From: a virus
Taxonomy: Duplodnaviria > Caudoviricetes
Direction: 5' to 3' (one strand)
DNA: 35,874 nt
Virus record (IMG/VR): IMGVR_UViG_3300017655_000015
Span: 1 to 35,874 of that record
A program made the position numbers and the translations under genes. Below the pieces are notes generated by a model, which was given only the letters and a program-made list of their open reading frames with translations, searched no databases and was not told the DNA's origin. Below are positions 27,801 to 35,829 of this stretch, piece after piece; within the stretch, counting starts at the first letter, position 1, and every line of letters begins with the position of its first letter.

Positions 27801-28235
27801 GAGCTGCAGATCCAGATCGCGCAGATTGGCGGATCGGTGCTGAAGACGATCGTCGTACCGAGCAGCAGCCTGCAGCAGTTTTCGGACCAGTATACGCCGG
27901 GGCAGATCATCCACGGCTCGACCGATTATGCGCCAGACGAAAACACGGCGACTCCGATCCCGCCGCTCTATGTGCCATTCGGTGGCAATGTCACCTTTGC
28001 CGCTGGCGCCAGGTACAGCATCACCTTTACCGCCAATGCTGGGGCGAAGCTGTGGTTCTGGCCGGTCTATAGCGGGACAAAGGCCGGCACCTATACCGCC
28101 GTAGACTGCTTCGGCGCGGACAAGAACAACACCAAATGTCAGTTCATGGACGATGGTTCGGCCTGGTCGGAGTGGTCAGTGCCTGCTGGAAGCGCGCCCT
28201 ACAACGACTTGCCGTGTCTGTTTAAGGCGGCGTAA
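24858..28235 (+). CDS. multidomain tail-associated protein: LamG, metzincin (M10-like) protease, cadherin/Big-like domain and unknown C-terminal domain
   Basis: FTVSLWF...IEHVAIWGRALT (LamG); HELMHTLGLTH plus SLM Met-turn; HGTAAIQSGQVRYTPDSNYTGSDSFIFT (cadherin/Big_9-like). Confidence 0.85.
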   Translation: MSRAFTGSSSGSFAQVDKPAKLGPPFTVSLWFRTPQPARTGYLFWLGRRSSELDWFAVSMLNGRLRAETRATAGTAWGIAVSGNNIAANVAQHACATFTSTTAREIILNGDTGNKGTNSTSATPISPDRTAIGRASDASPTGGVLADIEHVAIWGRALTDAEKAALAQGANPLSIPGLIEYWPLSGAANPEAGLMGTDLHMQVTGAVKSSFTAPVQAPPSGGGSAGLPFDPANLVASSPVWPSLTITYGFPDVGFVYAEDNTGGRLDGLPGTVDYADGWYPLHDDAKDAIRAGAAALSSIGFNLQEVPASSAEILVAFSPQVDRTYADAIGNYPPQGNIFFGPDKPAEEADLEKTWGVGGWRRRVATHELMHTLGLTHATAPGASHSNSLMAVNPTPPAGAEPYVTAPYPVDVAALKLRYPALTGAAVGGRLSVAGASVAALGSGNPGKAMVLAVTFDPDAKKIQVRTDGGSPIEVAWTGDEDPTAGDLILGARLVNGVPQAGANFRMLRMLSSIELLETADQARAEQWAAEPLAPVCTPIVLSGTPGATTTIDLAPAVRDPAGWGWKIIAIDQPPEGSVSALDETRISLNLTGANSPILEFGVQVASKHPMGPSSPLRISVRLSEVTLPGVSVDVAKNGTALIDVLAGATAEDGSALTLVSVSDPEHGTAAIQSGQVRYTPDSNYTGSDSFIFTARSRTGGIATGTALLTVNVGEVPVGGNADRPFNGLYYGCGSYGSRIGNVNVYANNGGKRIAAGTFFAYRPGKIRSISVNTRGNPTRLTSGGRDYGNGLCTAWVELRPVKPDGTPDMSVLLGRTPNFTPRDHLNQHPHFNLLEPVTIPEGGKWLALVYQILETNSSGQDYWDHCWNLNCLIRTKPIAGRMPPFFSGMRVFVSDNLGSSWREFRNSKQSAEWAGSYCWFGELVYTDGHAIGQPYRFANLTPKRVDGTRYRVRQLWQMPNWAFTAQGVWIRTFAQSSNPELQIQIAQIGGSVLKTIVVPSSSLQQFSDQYTPGQIIHGSTDYAPDENTATPIPPLYVPFGGNVTFAAGARYSITFTANAGAKLWFWPVYSGTKAGTYTAVDCFGADKNNTKCQFMDDGSAWSEWSVPAGSAPYNDLPCLFKAA

Positions 28236-28253
28236 CCCCCGAAAGGCTACCCC

Positions 28254-29672
28254 ATGATGACCATGGATATTCTGGCGCGCATCGCGGAATTGGATGCGCG
28301 TGCGGCCCGGCGACAGGCAGAGGAAGCGCAGGATCGAGCCACCCTGGCCGAGCTGAAGGCCGCCGTCCTGGCGAACATGCCCAGTCAGCCGGCCGAGCCG
28401 CAGGTGCCGCCCGCGCCTCCGCCGCCTCCGTCGGTGGAGGAACCGCCGCCCGCTCCGCCGCCTCCGCCTCCGGTGGTGCAGCCGGCAGTCGACCCGCGCG
28501 ACATGGCATTCGGGGGGCTGTTCTACGGTTGCGGCGCCAGCTTCGAGGCGATCGGCAACAAGCAGATCAGGGCCGGCAACGCGGCGGCCACGGCCTTCGT
28601 CATGCCCTACGATGACGAGATCACCCACATCCTGCAGAACTCGCGCGTCAACAAGGCCGGCGAGACCGGCTATGGCGGCGGGCAGTGCGATGCTTGGCTA
28701 AGCTTCCACCGTGACGCCGGAGGCATGCCTGACTTTGACAAGATGATCGGCAGGACCGACACGTGGGTGCCGGCCAAGTCGGCCGCGTTCCCGCTGCTGG
28801 CACTGCGCGCTCCGGCGAAGGTCAGCAGGGGAGAGATCATCTGGGTCGTCTGGCACAACGACACCAAGGCCACCGGCGAGGCGAACTACTACTCAGCCAA
28901 CTTCGGCATTGTGCAGAAGCCCTTGCCGCATCCCCAGCGCATGGGCCCAGCCTACCCGTTCCTCAAGACGATCCAGACCACGAACGGCTGGAAGAGCACG
29001 GCCATCGCCAATGCGTCGAGCTGGGGTGCGGCGGCCGAAGGCGCCTACGTCCCGTTCCTCGAATTTCGGTTCAAGTCTGGCCGCGCCTATGGCCAGCCGT
29101 ACCGGTTCGCGAACCGCGGCGAGTGTCTGGTCGACGGTGACAAGCTCATCCGGCAGACCTTCAAGATGCCCGCCTACACGGTCGAGGTGGACGGCTTCTG
29201 GACCCGCGGCTTCAGCCAGGCGGACAAGCCGCAGATCGGCGCGGAACTCCGCTTCCTGGAGAGCCCCACCATCCTGGCCGAAGGCATGGCCGACCCGGGC
29301 GACATCACCATCATTCCGGCGAGCGTCACCATCCCCAGCGCCTACTTCGGCAACCCGCGCGGCAATCCGAAGGGCGACAGCGCCAAGCCGCACCGGTGGT
29401 TCTTCACCAAGTTCAGCCGGGTCGTGCCCTTGCAGGCCTACAAGTCGTACAGCCTCACCCTGCGCGCACCGTACCGGCAGGGCGCCTGGTTCTGGCCGAT
29501 GTTCAGCGGGGTCAAGCAGGGCGGGTTCAAGTGCCTCGAAGCATTCCTGGCGCATCCGAACACGCAGTCCGAGTTCAGCCGGGACGGCGGCAAGAGCTTC
29601 GATCACCCGAACATCAACAACGGCGGGACGCAGTATAACGACTGGCCGTTCCTGTTCCGGGCGGTTCGCTGA
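28254..29672 (+). CDS. hypothetical protein: coiled coil, Pro-rich linker, and domain paralogous to the C-terminus of the upstream gene
   Basis: Shared motifs with the upstream protein: GL(Y/F)YGCG, GQPYRFAN, WFWP..SG, YND.P.LF. Confidence 0.8.
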   Translation: MMTMDILARIAELDARAARRQAEEAQDRATLAELKAAVLANMPSQPAEPQVPPAPPPPPSVEEPPPAPPPPPPVVQPAVDPRDMAFGGLFYGCGASFEAIGNKQIRAGNAAATAFVMPYDDEITHILQNSRVNKAGETGYGGGQCDAWLSFHRDAGGMPDFDKMIGRTDTWVPAKSAAFPLLALRAPAKVSRGEIIWVVWHNDTKATGEANYYSANFGIVQKPLPHPQRMGPAYPFLKTIQTTNGWKSTAIANASSWGAAAEGAYVPFLEFRFKSGRAYGQPYRFANRGECLVDGDKLIRQTFKMPAYTVEVDGFWTRGFSQADKPQIGAELRFLESPTILAEGMADPGDITIIPASVTIPSAYFGNPRGNPKGDSAKPHRWFFTKFSRVVPLQAYKSYSLTLRAPYRQGAWFWPMFSGVKQGGFKCLEAFLAHPNTQSEFSRDGGKSFDHPNINNGGTQYNDWPFLFRAVR

Positions 29673-29788
29673 CACACCGCTACAATGACTTTTCGGATGG
29701 GCACGTGTCCTGCCGCTGCGCTGATTAGCGCGTTGCGGCTATGGTCGCGGCACCGCACAATAGGTGGCCAGGCCGCCTGATCCCAGCG

Positions 29789-29860
29789 CCCCGGCCGGTA
29801 GCTACCACACTCGCCGGCCGGGGCTGACCACAAACCGATGAGGGACATCGGCCATGGCTG
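29789..29860 (-). ncRNA. putative antisense regulatory RNA / structured leader, copy 2
   Basis: 10-bp stem CCCCGGCCGG/CCGGCCGGGG around a TACCA-containing loop, then CTGACCACAAACCGATG-aggga-CATCGGCCATGGCTG, matching the element at 13346-13416. Confidence 0.45.
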
Positions 29861-29984
29861 CTCCTCAAATAACGGACGAACCCTGCTCCGGTCTCCCGGT
29901 TCAGAATCCCATTCGGTGATCTGCAACACGCATCATGTTCCTAAAGTGTCGTATGCAGGGCCACCGCCGGGGGAGGGCTGATCC

Positions 29985-30257
29985 ATGCTCACCGAGCGGG
30001 ATGTGGAGCATATTGCCGAAAAAGTCGTGGAACGAGAGACGGTCGAAGCGTTCGATAGGATGGGCCTGCTGAAAGACGGCAGACCGGACTGGAACGCTCT
30101 CGCTGCTCCGGCAAAGGACCGTAAGTGGTGGCAAGCATTTTGGGACCGCGTGATCTTGGCAGGCATCCCGATCGGGCTGGGCCTGCTGGTAGCGAACTTT
30201 CGAGCGGTCGCGGATTGGATAACAGCCCTGCTGACGATCAAGGGATCGGGACCATGA
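29985..30257 (+). CDS. small membrane protein, holin candidate
   Basis: GGAGG RBS; one hydrophobic helix (VILAGIPIGLGLLVA); first gene of the lysis region. Confidence 0.6.
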   Translation: MLTERDVEHIAEKVVERETVEAFDRMGLLKDGRPDWNALAAPAKDRKWWQAFWDRVILAGIPIGLGLLVANFRAVADWITALLTIKGSGP

Positions 30258-30817
30258 AAGCCGCACTTGCTGACATCTGGCACGGCTACACCAGATTGGT
30301 CCGCATCATACGGCAAAGGTACCTGGTCCCATTCGTTGGGACATTGATCGTCATCGCCATCGCGTCGGCGGTGAACCTGACAGACTACACTGTGATCCGC
30401 TGGTACGGGGTGACGCCAACCCGGGCGATGTCCATCGACGGAACGGCCAGATGGTGGCTGACCGGCGATGTGCCCAAGCTGGTCGTGACCGCAGCCCGCA
30501 CGAGGTACGTCGCCTGCACGGGTGGGCTTCTGAAGCGCGAGATGATCTACGACGATGATCCGCCGGTTCCGGCTCCGGCGATCGAGGCCTCGTCACCGTC
30601 CAGCCTGACGGCCTCGCCGATCGTCCGCTCGCCAGAAGAAAGCCCGGATTACACAGAATTTTCGCTGCTGATCCCGGTGCAACAGACGGAGGGGCTTCGG
30701 TTCATCCGCTGGCTGCTGTTCGCCGACAGTGCGCAGTGCACGGATGGTGAGGCGCGCAATGGCCAGGAAGTGGGGCTGATCCACATTCCGGAACTGCCGG
30801 CCGTGGCGGCAAAATGA
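30254..30817 (+). CDS. membrane-anchored hypothetical protein in the lysis region
   Basis: ATGA overlap; TM helix YLVPFVGTLIVIAIASAV followed by a soluble domain with two Cys. Confidence 0.65.
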   Translation: MKAALADIWHGYTRLVRIIRQRYLVPFVGTLIVIAIASAVNLTDYTVIRWYGVTPTRAMSIDGTARWWLTGDVPKLVVTAARTRYVACTGGLLKREMIYDDDPPVPAPAIEASSPSSLTASPIVRSPEESPDYTEFSLLIPVQQTEGLRFIRWLLFADSAQCTDGEARNGQEVGLIHIPELPAVAAK

Positions 30818-30819
30818 AA

Positions 30820-30852
30820 ACTGGCCCCGTGCACGTGAACGCAGGGGCCAGT
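30820..30852 (-). terminator. hairpin with U-tract on the minus strand
   Basis: ACTGGCCCC...GGGGCCAGT inverted repeat preceded by AAAA on +. Confidence 0.5.
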
Positions 30853-30943
30853 CTTGGTGCTTTGATCATCTAACGTTCCTCCCATCCACGCAACGAATTT
30901 CAGCCTGCCTCCTGGCGGGCCGCTGCCGCTTGGAGTCCTGAAC

Positions 30944-31720
30944 ATGCCGACCCTCGCGCAGGTGCGGACCCTGGTCCACGACCTGATCAAGCCTGGCCTG
31001 GAAGAGCTGGGGGACATCGTCGGATCCAAGCAGCAGATCGCCAGCCGCGAGGCCGTGGTGATGCTGACGGCGATCGGGCTGCAGGAGAGTGCGCTGACGC
31101 ACCGCCGGCAGTTGCACGATGCGGATCCGGGGCCTGGAGTCGACCTGCAGCCGATCCAGACGCCGGGCCTGGGCGCGTATGGGCTATGGGGCTTCGAGTA
31201 CAGCGGCATCCGCCTGACGCTGCGGCACGCGAAGGTGCGGGCCCTGCGCAACATCATCGAGGCGCTGACATCGGTCGGGCTCGACCCCGACCCTGATGCG
31301 CGATCTGCCAATGCTTCGCGGATCATGGCCGACGACAAGGCGGCGCTGTGGCTGGCTCGTCTCTACCTCCTGACCGACAACCAGGCGCTGAGCTTGGATG
31401 CTGACGAGATGTGGGTGGTCTACAAGCGGGTCTGGAACCCGGGCAAGCCCCGGCCGGAGCACTGGCCGGCCAACTTCAAGCTCGCCCTGGACGCCTACCC
31501 GGAGAAGCCGCTGCCGCTCACCAAGCGAGGGGCAGGCATGATCCTGACGGGCGTAAGCGCTGCGGTGACCTACGGCCCGGACATCGTACATACCGCCACC
31601 GGCATGAAGGCGATCCAGCTAGGGCCGACATGGCAGACGATCGTCGGCGTCATGATGGCAGCCGGGATGATCCTGACCCTGATCGGCACGATCCGCGCCC
31701 GCAAGGCGACAGGCAAATGA
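30944..31720 (+). CDS. endolysin (lysozyme-like fold) with C-terminal hydrophobic helices
   Basis: MLTAIGLQESALTHRRQ, GLWGFE, ARLYL, YKRVWNPGKP motifs; directly upstream of spanins. Confidence 0.75.
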   Translation: MPTLAQVRTLVHDLIKPGLEELGDIVGSKQQIASREAVVMLTAIGLQESALTHRRQLHDADPGPGVDLQPIQTPGLGAYGLWGFEYSGIRLTLRHAKVRALRNIIEALTSVGLDPDPDARSANASRIMADDKAALWLARLYLLTDNQALSLDADEMWVVYKRVWNPGKPRPEHWPANFKLALDAYPEKPLPLTKRGAGMILTGVSAAVTYGPDIVHTATGMKAIQLGPTWQTIVGVMMAAGMILTLIGTIRARKATGK

Positions 31721-31950
31721 TCGACCTCTGGTCTCGCCTCGGCGGCTACCTCGCTGTAGCCGGCGCTGCCGTCGCCGGTGTCCTGGTCGCCATCCGCAGC
31801 ATCAAGCAGGACGCCCGGGAGGACGTCGAGAATGAGCACGCAGCCGCAGACGCCAAGGCCTCACGCCAGGCGACGGACGCTTACCTTGGCGCTGGCGGCG
31901 ATCCTGCCACTGTGCGCAAGCGCCTGCGTGACCCCTCCCGCCCCTGGTAG
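31717..31950 (+). CDS. i-spanin-like protein
   Basis: N-terminal TM helix followed by a helical region; follows the endolysin by ATGA overlap. Confidence 0.7.
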   Translation: MIDLWSRLGGYLAVAGAAVAGVLVAIRSIKQDAREDVENEHAAADAKASRQATDAYLGAGGDPATVRKRLRDPSRPW

Positions 31951-32236
31951 GGTCTGCCCGCCGCTGGTCCCCCGATCGCAGGACTGGCGGGAAAGCTTGG
32001 CCGACCAGCTCGACGCCATCGACGATGCCCGCCGCGACGCCGGCATCATCATCGCCATGGCTGCCCGCGTTCCGCCCCATGCCCACTACCGGCCGGACGT
32101 GGACATCATTGCCGAGAATGCCGAACGCATCGCGCGCATCCGCACCGGCCGCATCGACGACGCCATCATGGAGCTAGGACAGCTTCGTGCGGCGATCCGT
32201 GCCGTCTGCCCGGAACTCTCGGCAGCCGGCTCCTAG
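31832..32236 (+). CDS. o-spanin-like lipoprotein
   Basis: RRR plus hydrophobic signal with lipobox ASA-C, Pro-rich start; overlaps the i-spanin in the +1 frame. Confidence 0.7.
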   Translation: MSTQPQTPRPHARRRTLTLALAAILPLCASACVTPPAPGRVCPPLVPRSQDWRESLADQLDAIDDARRDAGIIIAMAARVPPHAHYRPDVDIIAENAERIARIRTGRIDDAIMELGQLRAAIRAVCPELSAAGS

Positions 32237-32272
32237 CCTCCGACGACACAAAAAGCAGAACAGGAGACTGCC

Positions 32273-32425
32273 ATGATACTGGCTCTCAGGCGGCGCCGCT
32301 GGGCGCGCGTCGGCGTCGATCTCCCTCCGCCTTGGACCCGCTGGCTGGTCGATGAACTCGGCCGGCGCATCACGACCGATGAGAACGGCAAGCGCGTCCG
32401 CACTGATCCGCCCGCGGAGGCTTGA
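32273..32425 (+). CDS. small protein (50 aa), possible tailspike adaptor
   Basis: AGGAG RBS, ATG at 32273, MILALRRRRW...WLVDELGRRITTDENG; stop lies 2 nt before the next ATG; not in the ORF track. Confidence 0.6.
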   Translation: MILALRRRRWARVGVDLPPPWTRWLVDELGRRITTDENGKRVRTDPPAEA

Positions 32426-32427
32426 GC

Positions 32428-35400
32428 ATGGCAGATAATACCACAGGCCTCACCGGGGCCACTGTCCTTGTCCGCGGCTCCAGGGTGGGCCTGGGGCAGG
32501 CGCTAGGCAATCATGCGGATCGTCTGGACGGCATCGAGGCGGGGCAGTCCTCAGGCGTGGTGGGCTTCGCCACCAAGAGCGCCATGGACGGTAACTTGGC
32601 CTTCGCAGATGGCACCCTTGCCCAGGTGACGAACGATTCCACGGTCTCCAACAATGGGACGTACCGCAAGCAGGGTGCATCGGGCACTGGTACATGGGTC
32701 GCGGCGGTTGATCGCGTCAGCGAGGTCGCGAAGACTGCCGCGAACGGCATGGCTGCTTCCTTGCGCAGCCGCTTTCCGAACTTGGTTCCAGGCTATGAGT
32801 GGGAGGGGATCGGAGACGCTACGGTCTTCGCCGGCACGACCGCCACGCTGACGCGGGAAAAACACAAGGAGCGTTGGAGCCTGAAGATCGAGACAGGCGC
32901 CACCTTCATGCTGCTTCCCGAAGTAGTGCCGACCTCGGGCGGGTATTTCAGCGCGGGCGTCACCGTGGCTGAAAAAGCCGCAACCACGGCTGCGCGGATC
33001 CTGGTCGTGCAGCGCAACGCCTCCAATGCCGAGATTACGGGCGCGCGGGCGACCTATGCTCTGCCGAACGCGGCCACCTCGACGCCGATCCAGGTCATGT
33101 TCGAGGGGCTGCAATTCGACCCGGCCTGCACATCCGTCCGGTTCTACTTCGACGCCGGATCGGTGGCCGGAACCATGATCCGGTTGACCGAACCCTATAT
33201 CGCCTATGGCGCCATCGGCGGCTTCCGCCCCTACCTGGAGGACGTGGGCACCAACCTGTTCCCGGACCCCGAGTTCGTTGGGTTCGGGCCGGTCGCCACC
33301 CGCTATGGCAAGCGCGTGGTTGCCGATGGCGAGCCCCGGCTTCGGATCACCATGCCGACCGGGACCACCGTGACCGGGGCGCAGACTCAGACCTACGACA
33401 TCCCGGCCGTTGGGCCATTCGCACCTGGTACACTGCTCTACTACCGCGCCGGCCTGCGCTCGGACGTGGCCGGTTCCGCAGTCCTGCACGTCATCTACCT
33501 GAACGGCTCCGGGACTGAGATCAGCCGCACCAGTCTGAGCAACACGGCAACCGGCACCCGCGACCAGAAGGATGCCAGCGCGGCCGTGCCCGCCAACACG
33601 GCCACGATCCGCGTTCGCTTCCAACAGGGGAACACGGCCACCTATGCCGAGTTCGGCGGCGTGATCATCGGCCGTGTCCCGCCCAAGTATGCGCCTTATC
33701 GGACCAGTCTGGCGGGCGCGGTGCCCGAGACGCCGCCATACTTCGATCTGTTCCCGGAGCCCGAGTTCAGCGGCGGCAGCGGCAGCACCGTGCAGATCAG
33801 CAAGGAAGATGGTGAGCCGGTGCTGGGGTTCAGCGGCACCAGCGGCACGCCCAACCGCTCCTGGTATGTGGACGCGGTTGGCAAGTTCGCACCGGGCAAG
33901 CCGATCCAGGTCACGGCCGAAGGGCACACGGACGCGGCTACCGGCTGCGAGGTCGCGCTGTTGTTCCGAGATAGCGGCGGATCCGAGCTGTCTGGCACCC
34001 GGGCCACGGCGCGCTCGGCGTCCACCACTGGCCAATATGTGCCGCTGGTCGCAACCACGACGGTGCCGGCCAATACCGTACAGATCCAGATCCGCTTCAC
34101 CCATTGGGCCAGCGCCGGCGCCACGGCGTCCAAGTTCCGCCGCCCCCGGCTGCTGACCACCACGTCACCCGTGGATGAGGCGCAACTCTACAGCCTGCCC
34201 ATCTCCAAGCCGGGCCTGGGTCATGCGGTGGCGCACGTGTCACCGACCGGCAGCGATTCCACCGGCACTGGCACGGCCGGCAACCCCTGGCGCACCCTCG
34301 CCAAGGCGCTGGACTGGATGGGCGGCGTCGGCGAGATCCACGTCCGGGCCGGCGACATGGGGGCGGGGCAACTCGACATCAGCAAGGTCCTGGACCTCAC
34401 CGTCATCGGCGACGCAACCTCGGCGTATGAACGGCCAGTATTCCGGTTCGGGACCAAGCTAACCGGTATCACCAAGACCGCCGGGCGCACCAAGGTCTAT
34501 CAGGCCTCGATCAGCCTGGCCGGGCCGCCGAACTTCCTGTGGCAGGACGGCACGGTCGACACCAGCACCGCCGTGCCGATCGAGGAGCAACATGCCGGCT
34601 TGCGCGGCCGGGGGCACCGACTGCCCTGTGTCAGGATCGAGCGGACCACGGCCACGATCACGAACGATGCGCTCGACGAGATCGACGCCACCACGGAGCC
34701 ACGCTGCTTCTACACCAGCGGCACCCTGTATTTCTCCATCCAGGGCGGCGGGAATCCGGCTGATGCCAGCATCTATGTGTCCAACGGCAACGGCCTGATC
34801 AGCGGCACTCCGTCATTCTGGACGCCTGTCCGAGGAACGCTGCGGATGGTCGGGCTGGAGGTCCGCTACGGCGGGATCAACACCCGCGGCATCACCCGCA
34901 CCTACCTGCAGGACTGCACCGTGCTGGGTGCGCCGCTCAACGGCTTCGACCTGGCGTGGTGGTCCGACCTGCAGGATTGCGAGGCGGCCGGGTCGGGCTC
35001 CTTCAACACCGACACCGGCGACGGCTTCAACTGGCACAACTTCGCGGTCTGTCGGCACCGTGGGCTCTACACTCATGACAATCATGACGATGGCATGAGC
35101 TCGCACGAGAACTGCTACGAGATGGGGGAGAGCCCGATCGCAGAATACAATATCGGCGGCGGGCTGGTGCCGGCCTATGGCGCCCATGCGGTCTATACCA
35201 ATCCGATTACCCGCAAGAACGCGGTGCATCGCTTGTCCGGCACCAAGCTTGGCGGCATCGAGGCCCATGCCGCACCAGCGACAGGCGATGACGGTGTGGC
35301 GACCACATGCGAGGTCTATGGCGGGGTGTCGATCGGCGACCGCAACGGTCTGGTGGACGGCAAGACCAAGAACGGGACCGAGTGCTATCTGAAGGCATTC

Positions 35401-35538
35401 GACGTGACCGTGATCGACCCGGTCGAGTATGCGGCGCGCTGCGCGATGTACGGCAACATCCGGCATATCGGCAGCGGCACAGCCAAGCACCCGTCTGCCG
35501 GTTCGTTGGGTGTTCGCAACGGCGCGTTGGTCAGCTAG
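32428..35538 (+). CDS. tailspike-like protein: repeated carbohydrate-binding-like modules and right-handed beta-helix (putative depolymerase)
   Basis: N-terminal VTNDSTVSNNGTYRK.GASGTG.W; modules starting NLVP/NLFPDPEF/DLFPEPEF; HVSPTGSDSTGTGTAGNPWRTLAKA then DGFN.H/HDNHDDGMS beta-helix repeats. Confidence 0.8.
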   Translation: MADNTTGLTGATVLVRGSRVGLGQALGNHADRLDGIEAGQSSGVVGFATKSAMDGNLAFADGTLAQVTNDSTVSNNGTYRKQGASGTGTWVAAVDRVSEVAKTAANGMAASLRSRFPNLVPGYEWEGIGDATVFAGTTATLTREKHKERWSLKIETGATFMLLPEVVPTSGGYFSAGVTVAEKAATTAARILVVQRNASNAEITGARATYALPNAATSTPIQVMFEGLQFDPACTSVRFYFDAGSVAGTMIRLTEPYIAYGAIGGFRPYLEDVGTNLFPDPEFVGFGPVATRYGKRVVADGEPRLRITMPTGTTVTGAQTQTYDIPAVGPFAPGTLLYYRAGLRSDVAGSAVLHVIYLNGSGTEISRTSLSNTATGTRDQKDASAAVPANTATIRVRFQQGNTATYAEFGGVIIGRVPPKYAPYRTSLAGAVPETPPYFDLFPEPEFSGGSGSTVQISKEDGEPVLGFSGTSGTPNRSWYVDAVGKFAPGKPIQVTAEGHTDAATGCEVALLFRDSGGSELSGTRATARSASTTGQYVPLVATTTVPANTVQIQIRFTHWASAGATASKFRRPRLLTTTSPVDEAQLYSLPISKPGLGHAVAHVSPTGSDSTGTGTAGNPWRTLAKALDWMGGVGEIHVRAGDMGAGQLDISKVLDLTVIGDATSAYERPVFRFGTKLTGITKTAGRTKVYQASISLAGPPNFLWQDGTVDTSTAVPIEEQHAGLRGRGHRLPCVRIERTTATITNDALDEIDATTEPRCFYTSGTLYFSIQGGGNPADASIYVSNGNGLISGTPSFWTPVRGTLRMVGLEVRYGGINTRGITRTYLQDCTVLGAPLNGFDLAWWSDLQDCEAAGSGSFNTDTGDGFNWHNFAVCRHRGLYTHDNHDDGMSSHENCYEMGESPIAEYNIGGGLVPAYGAHAVYTNPITRKNAVHRLSGTKLGGIEAHAAPATGDDGVATTCEVYGGVSIGDRNGLVDGKTKNGTECYLKAFDVTVIDPVEYAARCAMYGNIRHIGSGTAKHPSAGSLGVRNGALVS

Positions 35539-35752
35539 ACCGGTTGCCCACCCGCATCTCCACCTGCCCCCGCGCCCCGCACTTGGAGCACATCAGCCGC
35601 GGCTCGATGTCGCCCAAGTAGACGCCATGGTGCGCGAGGCCCGAGAGACGGCCTTGGGGGTGCCACTGCTCGTGGCCGCACGCCTTGCACCGGATGGTCA
35701 GGTCGCGCGCGGCGTCGATGGGGAAGCGGTGGAGGTGGGAGCGGGTGGGCAT
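35531..35752 (-). CDS. small zinc-ribbon protein
   Basis: CKACGH...CSKCG; convergent with the tailspike gene. Confidence 0.65.
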   Translation of the reverse strand: MPTRSHLHRFPIDAARDLTIRCKACGHEQWHPQGRLSGLAHHGVYLGDIEPRLMCSKCGARGQVEMRVGNRSS

Positions 35753-35829
35753 CTTGCCGAAATCTTGCCGTAGCTGATGTCCAGAGGCGGCATCTGACCG
35801 GAAACAGTATCGGCTAAGTCATTGAAAAA
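35751..35829. promoter_or_regulatory. att-proximal sites (arm-type direct repeats and an accessory-factor-like box)
   Basis: ATCTTGCCG repeated at 35751 and 35762; CTAAGTCATTGAAAA next to the tRNA 3' end. Confidence 0.45.

Noticed and set aside
28380-28480. CCG-rich tandem DNA repeat
   Set aside because: Explained by a poly-proline linker in the protein
27020-29672. Diversity-generating retroelement (template/variable repeat) explanation for the paralogous domains
   Set aside because: Similarity is at the protein level only, not near-identical DNA differing at adenines, and there is no reverse transcriptase in the window
30705-30872. Minus-strand 55-codon ORF with a GGAGGA RBS
   Set aside because: Runs through a terminator hairpin, overlaps a + strand gene and has implausible composition
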